From: Candidatus Aminicenantes bacterium
GTDB taxonomy: Bacteria; Acidobacteriota; Aminicenantia; UBA2199
Assembly: GCA_027318645.1 (NCBI GenBank)
Contig: DAHVOV010000133.1
Location: forward strand, 1 to 46,634
Direction: 5' to 3'
Length of the DNA: 46,634 bases
Shown here: one piece after another, positions 8,928 to 18,412 of the stretch
How positions within the stretch are numbered: position 1 is the stretch's first letter
How the letters are laid out: the number at the start of each line of letters is the position of its first letter
Program-made: the position numbers and the translations under genes
The notes under the pieces: model-generated
Databases searched by the model: none
What the model was told of the DNA's origin: nothing
Seen by the model: the letters and a program-made list of their open reading frames with translations, nothing else

Positions 8928-9662
8928 ATGAAGAAAAATAGTCTTCCCAGTCTGCTTGTTTTGCCGGTGCTCCTTCTGGCCGCCGCCGCCACGGTCCAAG
9001 CCCGGAACCTGGACATAAAGTGGATCGAGGTCGAGGGGGGAGCGTTCACGCCGGCAAGCGGCGGTTCGACACGTCCGATCACGCTCGACGGTTTCTTCAT
9101 GAGCGCGACGGAGGTGACCTTCGATCAGTTTGACGCCTACTGCGAGGCGACAGGGGCAAGAAAGCCGGATGACGCGGGTTGGGGCAGGGGCAGCCGGCCG
9201 GTCCTGAACGTGTCCTGGGAGGAGGCGGCCGCCTTCTGCCGCTGGCTGAGCCGGGAGATCGGGGCTGAAATCCGCCTGCCGAATGAGGCGGAATGGGAAT
9301 ATGCCGCAGCGGGCGGCAACCGGAGCAAAGGCTACCGGTACAGCGGCAGCAATACCTGGCGGGAGGTATCGTGGTCCGAGGGGAATTCCGGCGGCATGCC
9401 CCACCCGGTCGGGGGAAAGAAGCCCAATGAACTGGGCCTGTACGACATGAGCGGCAACCTCTGGGAGATGTGCGCAGATTGGCCTGCAGGCGATCCGGCG
9501 AAGCCGCGATCCGCCAGCGGGAGCCGCGACGGGGGCGTGAAGCGCGCGGTGCATGGGAATTCGTATGACAATCCCGCCAGCGACCCCAGGCGCGCCGACG
9601 TGCACGTCTTTCTCGGGGAAGGCCACATCAACGTTGGCTTTCGCGTCGTTAAGACGATATAA
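8928..9662 (+). CDS. Secreted FGE-sulfatase (SUMF1/EgtB/PvdO) family protein
   Basis: Signal peptide; TEVT, PVLNVSW, RLPNEAEWEYAA, PNELGLYDMSGNLWE, VGFRVV. Confidence 0.85.
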   Translation: MKKNSLPSLLVLPVLLLAAAATVQARNLDIKWIEVEGGAFTPASGGSTRPITLDGFFMSATEVTFDQFDAYCEATGARKPDDAGWGRGSRPVLNVSWEEAAAFCRWLSREIGAEIRLPNEAEWEYAAAGGNRSKGYRYSGSNTWREVSWSEGNSGGMPHPVGGKKPNELGLYDMSGNLWEMCADWPAGDPAKPRSASGSRDGGVKRAVHGNSYDNPASDPRRADVHVFLGEGHINVGFRVVKTI

Positions 9663-9809
9663 GGCGGTCCCGCCCCAATGCTGGAGCGGAACGGCAGCAG
9701 CGGAGATCGGACCGGCGTCTTGAATTTTCGCCGCCGGTGGAGTATAGATGCCATCCGCGAAAAGCACGCGGACCCGCTCCGCGAAGCGGAGGGTCCGGCG
9801 GGAGGGAAA

Positions 9810-10781
9810 ATGAACAAGACCGCCCATGTCGCCGCCTGGATCATGGCGCTGGCCATCGGCCTGGCGGCCGCGCCGCTGCCGGCGCGGACGGCCCCCGAGA
9901 TGAGGAAATGGGAGGCGCTCGGCGCGCAGCACAGGAACGAATTCTCCGGCCAGCCGCAGAAGAAGGCGATGTTCATCGCCGGCCTGGTCGCGGAGCGCCT
10001 GGCCCAGGACGGCGTCAAGCCCAACGCCGACGTCATCGGCCGCGCGGGGGCGCTGGCGACGCACGGCGACCAGGCCGCCGGGACCTGCGGCGACGTCGCC
10101 GAGGTCATGCGCAACGCCTTTGTCGGCGCCGGCTTCGCCCACCACGAGATATTCAAGCTGGTGGTGAGGAAGTTGGGGCTGAACCAGCTGAACCGCGGCT
10201 GGGTGTTCGACGTCAACATCGAGCACGTCGTGTTCGGCGCCGTGGTGGACGGCAAGCCGGTCGTGTTCGAGGCCTGGGGCTACGGCGGGGAGAACGGCTC
10301 GTTCGCCGGCTTCTACAAGAGCGTCTGGAACGGCATGGACCTGCACGTCTGGCTCGCCACGATGCGCAAACACGGCTACGACACCTACTCGTACGGCGAC
10401 GACCATTTCCGGCCGGTCGACGCCGACCGCATCTCGAACTTCCTGAGGAAGCTCGAGTTCAAGGGCTCCAGCCGGCCGGCCAAGCGCCCGACGCTTGTTC
10501 CGGGAACAAGCCCCGGCGGCGGCGACGACACCGCCCGCGTCGAGTCCGAGTTCCGTTCGCTCTATCCCCTCTGGCTAAGGAAACGGGACGACCCCACGAG
10601 CGTCACCACCGTCCTGGTCAACGCCCGCAGGGAGGGCGACGGCCGCTACTTCATCAGCATCGAGACCCGCTGCCGCAACGCCCAGGGCGCCAGCTGGGTG
10701 TGCGCGTCGCGCACCCTGTACATGACGCTCGCCGACCTGCGCGAGAGCGTCCAGGTCTACAAGCGCGACCTGGGGCGATGA
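9810..10781 (+). CDS. Secreted hypothetical protein, possible transglutaminase/papain-like Cys-His-Glu fold
   Basis: GGAGG RBS; signal peptide; GTCGD...EHVVF...VVFEAW. Confidence 0.6.
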   Translation: MNKTAHVAAWIMALAIGLAAAPLPARTAPEMRKWEALGAQHRNEFSGQPQKKAMFIAGLVAERLAQDGVKPNADVIGRAGALATHGDQAAGTCGDVAEVMRNAFVGAGFAHHEIFKLVVRKLGLNQLNRGWVFDVNIEHVVFGAVVDGKPVVFEAWGYGGENGSFAGFYKSVWNGMDLHVWLATMRKHGYDTYSYGDDHFRPVDADRISNFLRKLEFKGSSRPAKRPTLVPGTSPGGGDDTARVESEFRSLYPLWLRKRDDPTSVTTVLVNARREGDGRYFISIETRCRNAQGASWVCASRTLYMTLADLRESVQVYKRDLGR

Positions 10782-10848
10782 GCACACCCGGGCAGCCGAT
10801 GAAGGAAAGGGACGTCGCCGGCCATTCGCGCCACCGGGGCCACGCCGC

Positions 10849-11934
10849 GTGCTGATCGCCGCCGTGCTCGCCTTTTCCGCGCTGCTGGCCGCATGGGGCG
10901 TCCTGCTGGCGTTGAGCCCGGGCCGGCCGGCCCCCGTTCCCGGGAAGGACGGAAAGCCCGTTCCGGGCAGCGTGGCGGAAAAAATTTACGTCGCGATCAA
11001 CGGCGTCGAGCAGGGGATGTTCATCATCGGCAGGGACGCCCGGAATCCCGTCCTGCTGGTCCTGCACGGGGGAATGCCGGAATACTTCCTGGCCGACCGC
11101 TATCCGACCGGCCTGGAGGACCTGTTCACCGTCGCCTGGTGGGAGCAGCGCGGCTCCGGCATGTCCTATCGCGGCGACATCCCCAAGGAATCCATCACCC
11201 CCGAGCAGCTGATCGCCGACACCGTGGCGGTGACGAACTACCTGCGCCGGCGCTTCGCGAAGGAGACGATCTACCTGATGGCCCACTCGGGGGGGAGCTT
11301 CTTCGGCATCCAGGCCGCCGCCCGGCATCCGGAGCTGTACGCCGCCTATGTCGGCGTGGCCCAGATCGCCGACCAGGTCCGCTCCGAAAAGCTGGTTTAC
11401 GAGCACATGCTCCAGGCCTACAGGACGCTGGGGAACCGGCGCATGGTCCGGGCGCTGGAAGCGGCCCCGGTCACGCTGGATGGCGGCACGCCGCGCAAGT
11501 ACCTGGCCGTGCGCGACCGGGGCATGCACGGCCTGGGCATCGGCACCACCCGCCGCATGCGCTCCATCTTCACCGGATTGTTCCTCCCGTCCCTGGCCTT
11601 CCGGGGGTATTCGCTGCCGGAAAAGATCAATTTTTGGCGCGGCAAGGCCCGCAACGGCGTCAGCGTGATCTGGGAAAAGTCGCTGTTCGCCGACATGGGC
11701 CGGCTGGTGCCGGAACTGAGGATCCCGGCATATTTCCTTGAGGGGGTCCATGACCATACCTGCAATTACGGGCTGGCCAGGGAATATTTCACCCGGCTCC
11801 AGGCGCCGGTGAAGGGATTCTATTCGTTCCGGGATTCCGCCCACTGCCCCCATTTCGAGGAGCCCGAGAAGACGCGCCTCGTGATGCGGAATGACGTCTT
11901 GAACGGAACGAACGGACTGGCGGACTTGACGTGA
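10849..11934 (+). CDS. Alpha/beta hydrolase (proline iminopeptidase-like)
   Basis: LVLHGG, WEQRGSG, AHSGG nucleophile elbow, HD, SAHCPHFEEP; start codon uncertain. Confidence 0.85.
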   Translation: MLIAAVLAFSALLAAWGVLLALSPGRPAPVPGKDGKPVPGSVAEKIYVAINGVEQGMFIIGRDARNPVLLVLHGGMPEYFLADRYPTGLEDLFTVAWWEQRGSGMSYRGDIPKESITPEQLIADTVAVTNYLRRRFAKETIYLMAHSGGSFFGIQAAARHPELYAAYVGVAQIADQVRSEKLVYEHMLQAYRTLGNRRMVRALEAAPVTLDGGTPRKYLAVRDRGMHGLGIGTTRRMRSIFTGLFLPSLAFRGYSLPEKINFWRGKARNGVSVIWEKSLFADMGRLVPELRIPAYFLEGVHDHTCNYGLAREYFTRLQAPVKGFYSFRDSAHCPHFEEPEKTRLVMRNDVLNGTNGLADLT

Positions 11935-12105
11935 CCTCCCGGCCGCGGGGAGCGGATATCGGCCGCCGGCTCATGCCCAAAAAGCGCGGAAAATTGATTT
12001 TAAACCCAAAGTTCTAGTTACTTGCCCGCTGTCGCGGCGTCTTACCAGGTGATGTCGGCGGCGTCCGGACGCCGCCGGGGTCAAGCCAATACCCAGTGAG
12101 GCGCC

Positions 12106-14760
12106 ATGAAGATGAAAAGCACGCTGCTGCTATTGTTCGCATTATGGATGGCCCCGGCCGTCGCGGCCCGGACGGCCAACGATTCCCCGCCGCCCGCGGT
12201 CACGGCCGTGCGTGCCGAGGAGGCGATCCAGGTCGACGGACTGCTTAACGAGAAAGTCTGGCAAACCCCGGGGTATTCGGCGTTCACGCAGGTCGATCCC
12301 GCCGACGGCAGCGAGCCCAGCGAAAAGACCTCGGTCTGGGTGGCCTACGACGACCAGGCCCTTTACGTGGCGGCGTACCTCTATGACTCGGACAAGGCGA
12401 AGATCATGACCCGCCTCGGCCGCCGCGACGATTACGGCGAGTCCGACTGGTTCCTCTTCTGCGTCGACCCCTATCTCGACCGCCGGACCGGCTACCAGTT
12501 CGCCGTCAACCCCTCCGGGACGGTCTGTGACTGGACGCTGCAGAACGACACCTGGAGCGACAGCACCTGGGACGGCGTATGGGAGGCCAAGGCGGCCCTC
12601 AACGGCGAAGGCTGGGCGGTGGAGATGAAGATCCGCTTCAGTCAGCTGCGCTTCAAGCGCCAGGACGAGGCGGTCTGGGGCGTCGATTTCCAGCGCCTGA
12701 TCAAGCGCCGGAACGAGTTCATCACCTACGCCTGGAAGCCCAAGGAGAAGGTGGGCTTCGTCTCCTATTTCTCGCGCCTGGAGGGGCTGCGCGGGCTGAC
12801 GCCCAGCCGCTACCTCGAGCTCACGCCCTATTCCTTCGCCCAGGCGCGCTTCCGTCCCGGCGAGCCCGGGAACCCCTTCCAGACCGGCTCGAAGCTGCTC
12901 GGCGACGCCGGCCTCGACCTCAAGTGGGGGCTGAAGAGCGACCTGACCCTCGACGCCACCTTCAACCCCGATTTCGGCCAGGTCGAGGTCGACCCGGCGG
13001 TGATCAACCTGAGCGCCTACGAGACCTACTACGAGGAGCGCCGCCCCTTCTTCATCGAGGGCGCCGACACCTTCAACGGCTTCGGCCAGGGCGGCTCCAT
13101 GGGCGGCCCGATCTTCAACTGGCCCTCGCCCGTCTTCTTCTACAGCCGGCGCATCGGCCGCGAGCCCCAGGGAAGTTATGACGGCGACGGCTTCAGCACG
13201 GCGCCCGACGGCGCCACCATCCTCGGCGCCGCCAAGCTGAGCGGCAAGATCGGCGCCTGGAAGCTCGGCGTGCTCTCCGGCGTCACCGCCCGCGAGTTCG
13301 CCCGCATCGACGAGAACGGCGCGCGCTCGAGCCAGGAGGTCGAGCCCTTCACCTGGTACGGCGTGGCGCGGGCCCAGCGCGAGTTCGCCGCCGGCCGCCA
13401 CGGCCTGGGCTTCATCGCCACCGGCGTGCGGCGCGACCTGCGCGACGAGGCCCTGGCCGGCATGCTCAACCGCAGCGCCCAGGCCCTGGGCGTCGACGGC
13501 TGGACCTTCCTCGACGCCAGGCGCAACTGGTTCATCACCGGCTGGCTGGGCGCCACCCGCGTGAGCGGCGACCCGGAGCAGATGCTGCGGCTGCAGAAAT
13601 CCTCCATGCATTACTTCCAGCGGCCCGACGCCGATTATCTCCGGCTCGACCCGCAGGCCGGGTCCCTGAGCGGCTGGGGCGGCATGCTGCGCTTCGGCCG
13701 CGAGCAGGGCCGCTTCTGGATGCACGTCAACGCCGGCGCCATCTCGCCCGGCTTCGATCCCAACGACATGGGCTTCCAGTACAGCCTGTCGGACACGGTC
13801 AACAGCAGCGTCGACTTCTCCTACCGCTGGCCGCACCCGGGCAAGGTATTCCGCAGCGTCTTCACCTGGATCGGCGCGTATCGCACCTGGGACTTCGGCC
13901 TCAGCCGCACCGGCAACGGCGTCTCCGGCTCGCTGCAGACCGAGTGGCTCAACTACTGGTTCACCTATCTCAATTATTCCCTCTCCGCCTCCTTCTACAG
14001 CGATACCTTGACCCGCGGCGGGCCCCAGGCGCTGATGCCGTTCGGCTATTCGCTCAGCGCCGGGCTGAGCAGCGACTCGCGAAAGAAGGTCGTTCTCTCC
14101 TTCGACGGCTATTGGAGCCGACGGCCCGGATTCAATGCCACATGGGAAGGCAGCCTCTATGTCAAGGTGAAGCCGCAGAAAAGCCTGACCGTGAGCCTCG
14201 GCCCGGTGCTTTCACTCTCTCACACCGAGCTGCAGTACCTGAAGAGGGTCGCCGATCCGCTGATGCCCGCGACCTACGGCAGCCGCTATCTCTTTGGCCG
14301 CATCGACCAGAAGACCCTGGCCTGCGAACTCCGCCTCAACTGGTCGTTCAGCCCCAAGCTCAGCCTGCAGGCCTACATGCAGCCTTTCCTCTCGGTCGGC
14401 GCCTACAGCCGCTTTAAGGAGCTGGCGCGGCCGCGCAGCGACCAATACAACGTCTACGGCGAGGGCGCCTCGACCGTCGTGCGCGGGGAGGATGGCTACC
14501 TCCTCGACCCGGACGGCCCCGGGCCGGCCGCCTCGTTCGCCCTGGCCGATCCCGATTTCAACATGAAGTCGCTGCGCGGCACCGTGGTGCTGCGCTGGGA
14601 GTACCGGCCGGGCTCCCTGCTCTATTTCGTCTGGACGCAGAACCGGGCCGACTACTCCCACCCGGGCGACCTGCAGCTCGGCCGCGACCTGGATGCGCTG
14701 CTGACGGCCCCGGGCGACAACATCTTCATGATGAAGTTCACCTATCGCTTCAACATCTGA
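12106..14760 (+). CDS. CBM9-like + DUF5916 outer-membrane protein
   Basis: Signal peptide; IQVDGLL..VW, YDDQALYVA, DATFNPDFGQVEVD, YEERRPFFIEG, FYSRRIG; beta-strand C-terminus KFTYRFNI. Confidence 0.85.
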   Translation: MKMKSTLLLLFALWMAPAVAARTANDSPPPAVTAVRAEEAIQVDGLLNEKVWQTPGYSAFTQVDPADGSEPSEKTSVWVAYDDQALYVAAYLYDSDKAKIMTRLGRRDDYGESDWFLFCVDPYLDRRTGYQFAVNPSGTVCDWTLQNDTWSDSTWDGVWEAKAALNGEGWAVEMKIRFSQLRFKRQDEAVWGVDFQRLIKRRNEFITYAWKPKEKVGFVSYFSRLEGLRGLTPSRYLELTPYSFAQARFRPGEPGNPFQTGSKLLGDAGLDLKWGLKSDLTLDATFNPDFGQVEVDPAVINLSAYETYYEERRPFFIEGADTFNGFGQGGSMGGPIFNWPSPVFFYSRRIGREPQGSYDGDGFSTAPDGATILGAAKLSGKIGAWKLGVLSGVTAREFARIDENGARSSQEVEPFTWYGVARAQREFAAGRHGLGFIATGVRRDLRDEALAGMLNRSAQALGVDGWTFLDARRNWFITGWLGATRVSGDPEQMLRLQKSSMHYFQRPDADYLRLDPQAGSLSGWGGMLRFGREQGRFWMHVNAGAISPGFDPNDMGFQYSLSDTVNSSVDFSYRWPHPGKVFRSVFTWIGAYRTWDFGLSRTGNGVSGSLQTEWLNYWFTYLNYSLSASFYSDTLTRGGPQALMPFGYSLSAGLSSDSRKKVVLSFDGYWSRRPGFNATWEGSLYVKVKPQKSLTVSLGPVLSLSHTELQYLKRVADPLMPATYGSRYLFGRIDQKTLACELRLNWSFSPKLSLQAYMQPFLSVGAYSRFKELARPRSDQYNVYGEGASTVVRGEDGYLLDPDGPGPAASFALADPDFNMKSLRGTVVLRWEYRPGSLLYFVWTQNRADYSHPGDLQLGRDLDALLTAPGDNIFMMKFTYRFNI

Positions 14761-14939
14761 GCCCCGGGGGGGCGTCCGCTGCGGCATGAATTTCTGGAAT
14801 CTGCTTGGAACAACCGTCCCGGTGCTCCTTTCCTTCCGATCTCTCCCGGCATGAGAGGGGCCCCTGTGTTTCTTTTTGCGTGAGACGTTCCGGTTTTATT
14901 ACTATTTTTTATATGACTGGACTCATAAAGGGGGGTACA

Positions 14940-16253
14940 ATGACGCGCATCTCATCTTTTGCGATCACGTTATTCGCTGTTTTCTCGTTTTCGCTATCCG
15001 CGCAGAGCATCACCGTGACCAAGCCCGCCGCCAACGAATCCTGGACCAAGGGCGAAAGCCATACGATCCAATGGACAAAACAGGGGGAGATGCCCACCCA
15101 AGTCCGAATCGTCCTGAGAAAAAAAGAGTCCGCGGAGGCCACCCTGGTGATTGCGGATCAAGCCCCGAACAGCGGATTCTACCAATGGCTGGTGCCAGCC
15201 AGTGTCCCGGACGGAGAATACGTGATCCGGGTCAGGGTCAAGACCGCGGAAATCAGCGACGAAAGCGCCGGCTTCAGCATCGTTTCGTCCTCAGCAGGGC
15301 TGCAGCCCGCTTACAAGGCCGTCCGGCCGGGCAGTTTGAAGGGGCAGCCGATCGCCTATTCCATCAAGGTCGTTAATCCTGCCGCCGGCGATTCCTATCA
15401 GCAGTTGGACACGATCAACATTCGGGTCCAGGCCAACACGGGTCCTGCTGACGGGACGGGGGACGGATTCGACCTCGACCTCTACAACGAAGCCGGGACG
15501 GCCATGATGGCCGATATCCTCTCGGGCGCAATGACCCAGACAGCCCCGGGAGTCTACGTCCATGCCTGGAAAATGCCGCTCATCGACTCGGTCCCAGACG
15601 GCCGGTACACCATCCGCGCACGGAGCTGGAGCCAGAAAATCACTGGCTTCAGCGCTCCCTTCTGGATCAGGACGCCAGGCGCCGAGGAGAAGATCTCGAT
15701 CGAGGCCGTGATCGCGAACAATTGGATCTTCAAAAAGGAGCCGTCGGGCCCAAAACCCACTGAACACGTGGCTGATGAGCGACCAGGGGAGGCCCGGATC
15801 GGATGGTACTACTCCGGGACAAGCAGTATTTACTCGCACAGCTACCTGGGCATCATCTACAGGGCGCAAATGCAATTCCCCATGGATTACCTCAAGCCCA
15901 GGCTTGCCAGGTTAAAAAAAGCGACCCTGACTCTCAGGCAAACCCAGTTCGGCGTCCGCAAGAACGTCGGCGTTCGCCCCTGGACCATCGGCAAGCTGTT
16001 GATCCTCAAGCAGTCCTGGAACGACTTCTTCGACACGCCTTCGATCTTTTTCAAGGATGTCCCGATAAACGCCCCGACGGAGTGGAGCTGTGATGCCACC
16101 GGATTGGTCCGGGACTGGCTGGGCGGAGCAAAGCCCAACCACGGTCTCCTCGTTACGGCGGAATCGGAAGGATGGCTTCGCGACATCTTCTGCTACGCGG
16201 TCTCGTTCTACAAGGGGAAGCTCGACTTGACCTTCTTTGAGCCGCTCAATTGA
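14940..16253 (+). CDS. Secreted protein with two Kre9/Ser-Thr-rich-GPI-type Ig-like domains and a DNRLRE-like C-terminal domain
   Basis: ITVTKP...W..G....IQW, NSGFYQW..P...PDGEY.IRV; DATGLVRDWL...NHGLL; lower GC. Confidence 0.65.
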   Translation: MTRISSFAITLFAVFSFSLSAQSITVTKPAANESWTKGESHTIQWTKQGEMPTQVRIVLRKKESAEATLVIADQAPNSGFYQWLVPASVPDGEYVIRVRVKTAEISDESAGFSIVSSSAGLQPAYKAVRPGSLKGQPIAYSIKVVNPAAGDSYQQLDTINIRVQANTGPADGTGDGFDLDLYNEAGTAMMADILSGAMTQTAPGVYVHAWKMPLIDSVPDGRYTIRARSWSQKITGFSAPFWIRTPGAEEKISIEAVIANNWIFKKEPSGPKPTEHVADERPGEARIGWYYSGTSSIYSHSYLGIIYRAQMQFPMDYLKPRLARLKKATLTLRQTQFGVRKNVGVRPWTIGKLLILKQSWNDFFDTPSIFFKDVPINAPTEWSCDATGLVRDWLGGAKPNHGLLVTAESEGWLRDIFCYAVSFYKGKLDLTFFEPLN

Positions 16254-16361
16254 GGGGGTCGGCAAGGAAACCCCTAGGGAAGAGGCGGGACATTTCAGAG
16301 TCACGCGCCCAGGTACGTTTCCCAAATGGCCGGTGCGCGCGGCCATCGTGAGCGCAGAATT

Positions 16362-16628
16362 TCAAGCCCGCTGCCTTCTCTTTCTCCTTCCCGTCCCGGG
16401 CGGCGTGCGCCGGGGGCCGAAGTACTTCTCGCTGCGGTAGCGCAGCCACACGCGCAGCACCTGGGGGACCTGCTCCCGCTGCTCCCGCGACAGGCCTTCG
16501 TACAGCCTCATGGCCATCTCGCGGTGGGTGCGGCAGGCGGGATTGCGGTGGGCGTCCCAGTACGAGCGGGCCAGCCGGATCATGCGGCAGGCCTCCTTGA
16601 CCGGGTCCACTGAGGAGCGTTCGGACAT
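16362..16628 (-). CDS. Small basic hypothetical protein (88 aa)
   Basis: Host-like codon usage; extended -10 TGATACCAT 6 nt upstream of ATG. Confidence 0.65.
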   Translation of the reverse strand: MSERSSVDPVKEACRMIRLARSYWDAHRNPACRTHREMAMRLYEGLSREQREQVPQVLRVWLRYRSEKYFGPRRTPPGTGRRKRRQRA

Positions 16629-16859
16629 GGGAGAATGGTATCACACCCGGGCATTTCCTGTCCCCGCGTCGCAGGCGGCGATATCCTCCGGGGGATTGTC
16701 CGTCCTTGCCGGGATGGCCTGCCGTTCGCCCGGCCGGTTGCCGGAATCACGGGCTGTCGCGGCGGCATCCCGCCCCCGCTGCTGCCGGCAGCGAAAGCCG
16801 GGGGTCGGTCCTGCCGGGCCGCGGGTGAAAATACCTCGCGCCCTTTCTCCCGCCCGCCT

Positions 16860-18341
16860 TCAAAGGTAGCCAAGGCGGCGCAGGTCGCGGAGCAGGGCTT
16901 CCCTTTCCTGGGCGAGATCCAGCGCCGGATCCAGCTTCCCGAGATTCGCTTTCCTCAGCCGCTCGCTCCACCGCCGCCGCTCCAGAATGACAGCGAAGAG
17001 TTTTTTGCGGGCGGCGGGATCGTCGGCGGATCGGTCCAGCAGCTCTTCCGGGTCCGAGGGCAGATGGTAAAGCCGGAACGCGGACTTGGCCGGGTCTTTT
17101 GCGACGACCAGCTTGTAGCCGTCCAGCAGCACGGCATCGATCCCGTTCTCGCCTTCCGGCTCGTTCCGCGCGTCGCTGAAATAGACGGGCCGAATGGATT
17201 GGCGGCCGCCGTCAAGCGACGGCAGGAGGCTGGTCCCCTGTGCGGCGGGGCGCGGCGGGGCGACCCCGAGCATGGCCGCCAGGGTGGGGATGAGGTCGAC
17301 GTGGGCCACCGGCGCGGCGATCGACCTGCGGCGCAGCCCCGGCGCGAACAGGATCAGTGGCACGTGGACCAGCGTCTGCAGGTAGCGGTGGCCGTGCCCC
17401 CAGCGACCGAGCTCGCCCAGCAGCTCGCCGTGGTCGGCGGTGAAGATGAGGATGGTGCGGCGCAGCATGTCCCGGCGGCGCAGGATGTCGAGGACCCGGC
17501 CGATGCGCTCGTCGACCCACTCGACCTCGGCCTTGTAGAGGCCAACGAGGAATTCACGCTCCGCGCCGTCCAGGGGGATGTTCCGCTCCTGAAACTCATC
17601 CCGGATCATGGACAGCGACTTTCCGAGGAACATGCCGGCGTCGACACGGGACCGGGCGCCGGCGGCCGGGATCCTCTCCAGGAAGCGGCGCGGCGGGTCG
17701 TAAGGGGCGTGCGGGTCGTAGAACCAGTTCAGCGCCATGAAGGGCCTGTTCTTCGGGACGGTGGCCAGGTAATGCAGCAGCTTGTCGAAGGTGGCACGGG
17801 GCTTGCCGGGAGCGGGACCGCCCCGGGGATCGGCGGGCGGCTGGCCCCGCCGCCGGTGCCGCGGCCGCGCCGGGAGCGGGAAGCTCCGCGCGTCCCGGAA
17901 ACCCTGGAGGCCGTTGGCGTTCCGCACCAAGGGGTTCTCCAGGTTCATGACGGCATCGTACCCCCTTTCCCGCAGGGCCTCGGCCAGTAGCTGGTCCTTG
18001 GCGTTCACCCAGAATATCCCGCCCGGGATCGGCCCGCCGACGAAATAGGCACTCGAGTAGCGGCCGGTCAGCAGCGACAGGGATGATGGCAGCGTCGTCG
18101 GAGCATTGGCATAGGCGCTCTCGAAGCGGACGCCGTTTCGCGCCAGCCAGTCGATGTGGGGAGTGCGCGCGCTTCCGCCGTAGCAGCCGATCACATCCCG
18201 GCGCAGCGCATCGGAAACGATCCAGACGACGTTGTGGCCGCACCAGCGGGCGGGCCTCGGCCGCAGCAGCCGATATCCAGCGAACAGGACCAGCAGCATG
18301 GCCAGCGCGGCCAGCCACGGGCGAAGGTTCCGGCGTTTCAT
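16860..18341 (-). CDS. Sulfatase-like hydrolase/transferase (alkaline phosphatase superfamily), N-terminal anchor
   Basis: NVVWIVSDALR, TTLPS..SLLTGRY, DPHAPY, TADHGE, HGH, VPLI, DLIPT; start ATG18341 after GAGGAG. Confidence 0.85.
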   Translation of the reverse strand: MKRRNLRPWLAALAMLLVLFAGYRLLRPRPARWCGHNVVWIVSDALRRDVIGCYGGSARTPHIDWLARNGVRFESAYANAPTTLPSSLSLLTGRYSSAYFVGGPIPGGIFWVNAKDQLLAEALRERGYDAVMNLENPLVRNANGLQGFRDARSFPLPARPRHRRRGQPPADPRGGPAPGKPRATFDKLLHYLATVPKNRPFMALNWFYDPHAPYDPPRRFLERIPAAGARSRVDAGMFLGKSLSMIRDEFQERNIPLDGAEREFLVGLYKAEVEWVDERIGRVLDILRRRDMLRRTILIFTADHGELLGELGRWGHGHRYLQTLVHVPLILFAPGLRRRSIAAPVAHVDLIPTLAAMLGVAPPRPAAQGTSLLPSLDGGRQSIRPVYFSDARNEPEGENGIDAVLLDGYKLVVAKDPAKSAFRLYHLPSDPEELLDRSADDPAARKKLFAVILERRRWSERLRKANLGKLDPALDLAQEREALLRDLRRLGYL

Positions 18342-18412
18342 GGTCGTCTCCTCGGATCGCTCCCCAGGATACCATTTTGGCGGGCCGATGGGGAGGGGCC
18401 CGCGGCGCGGGA

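Noticed and set aside
10799-10855. Possible frameshift joining ATG10799 to the hydrolase frame
   Set aside because: GTG10849 already gives a complete hydrophobic N-terminus; there is no independent support without homolog alignment.
8928-18341. FGE-family gene as maturase for the sulfatase-like gene
   Set aside because: They are about 7 kb apart on opposite strands, the FGE lacks catalytic Cys, and the sulfatase lacks a modifiable Cys/Ser.
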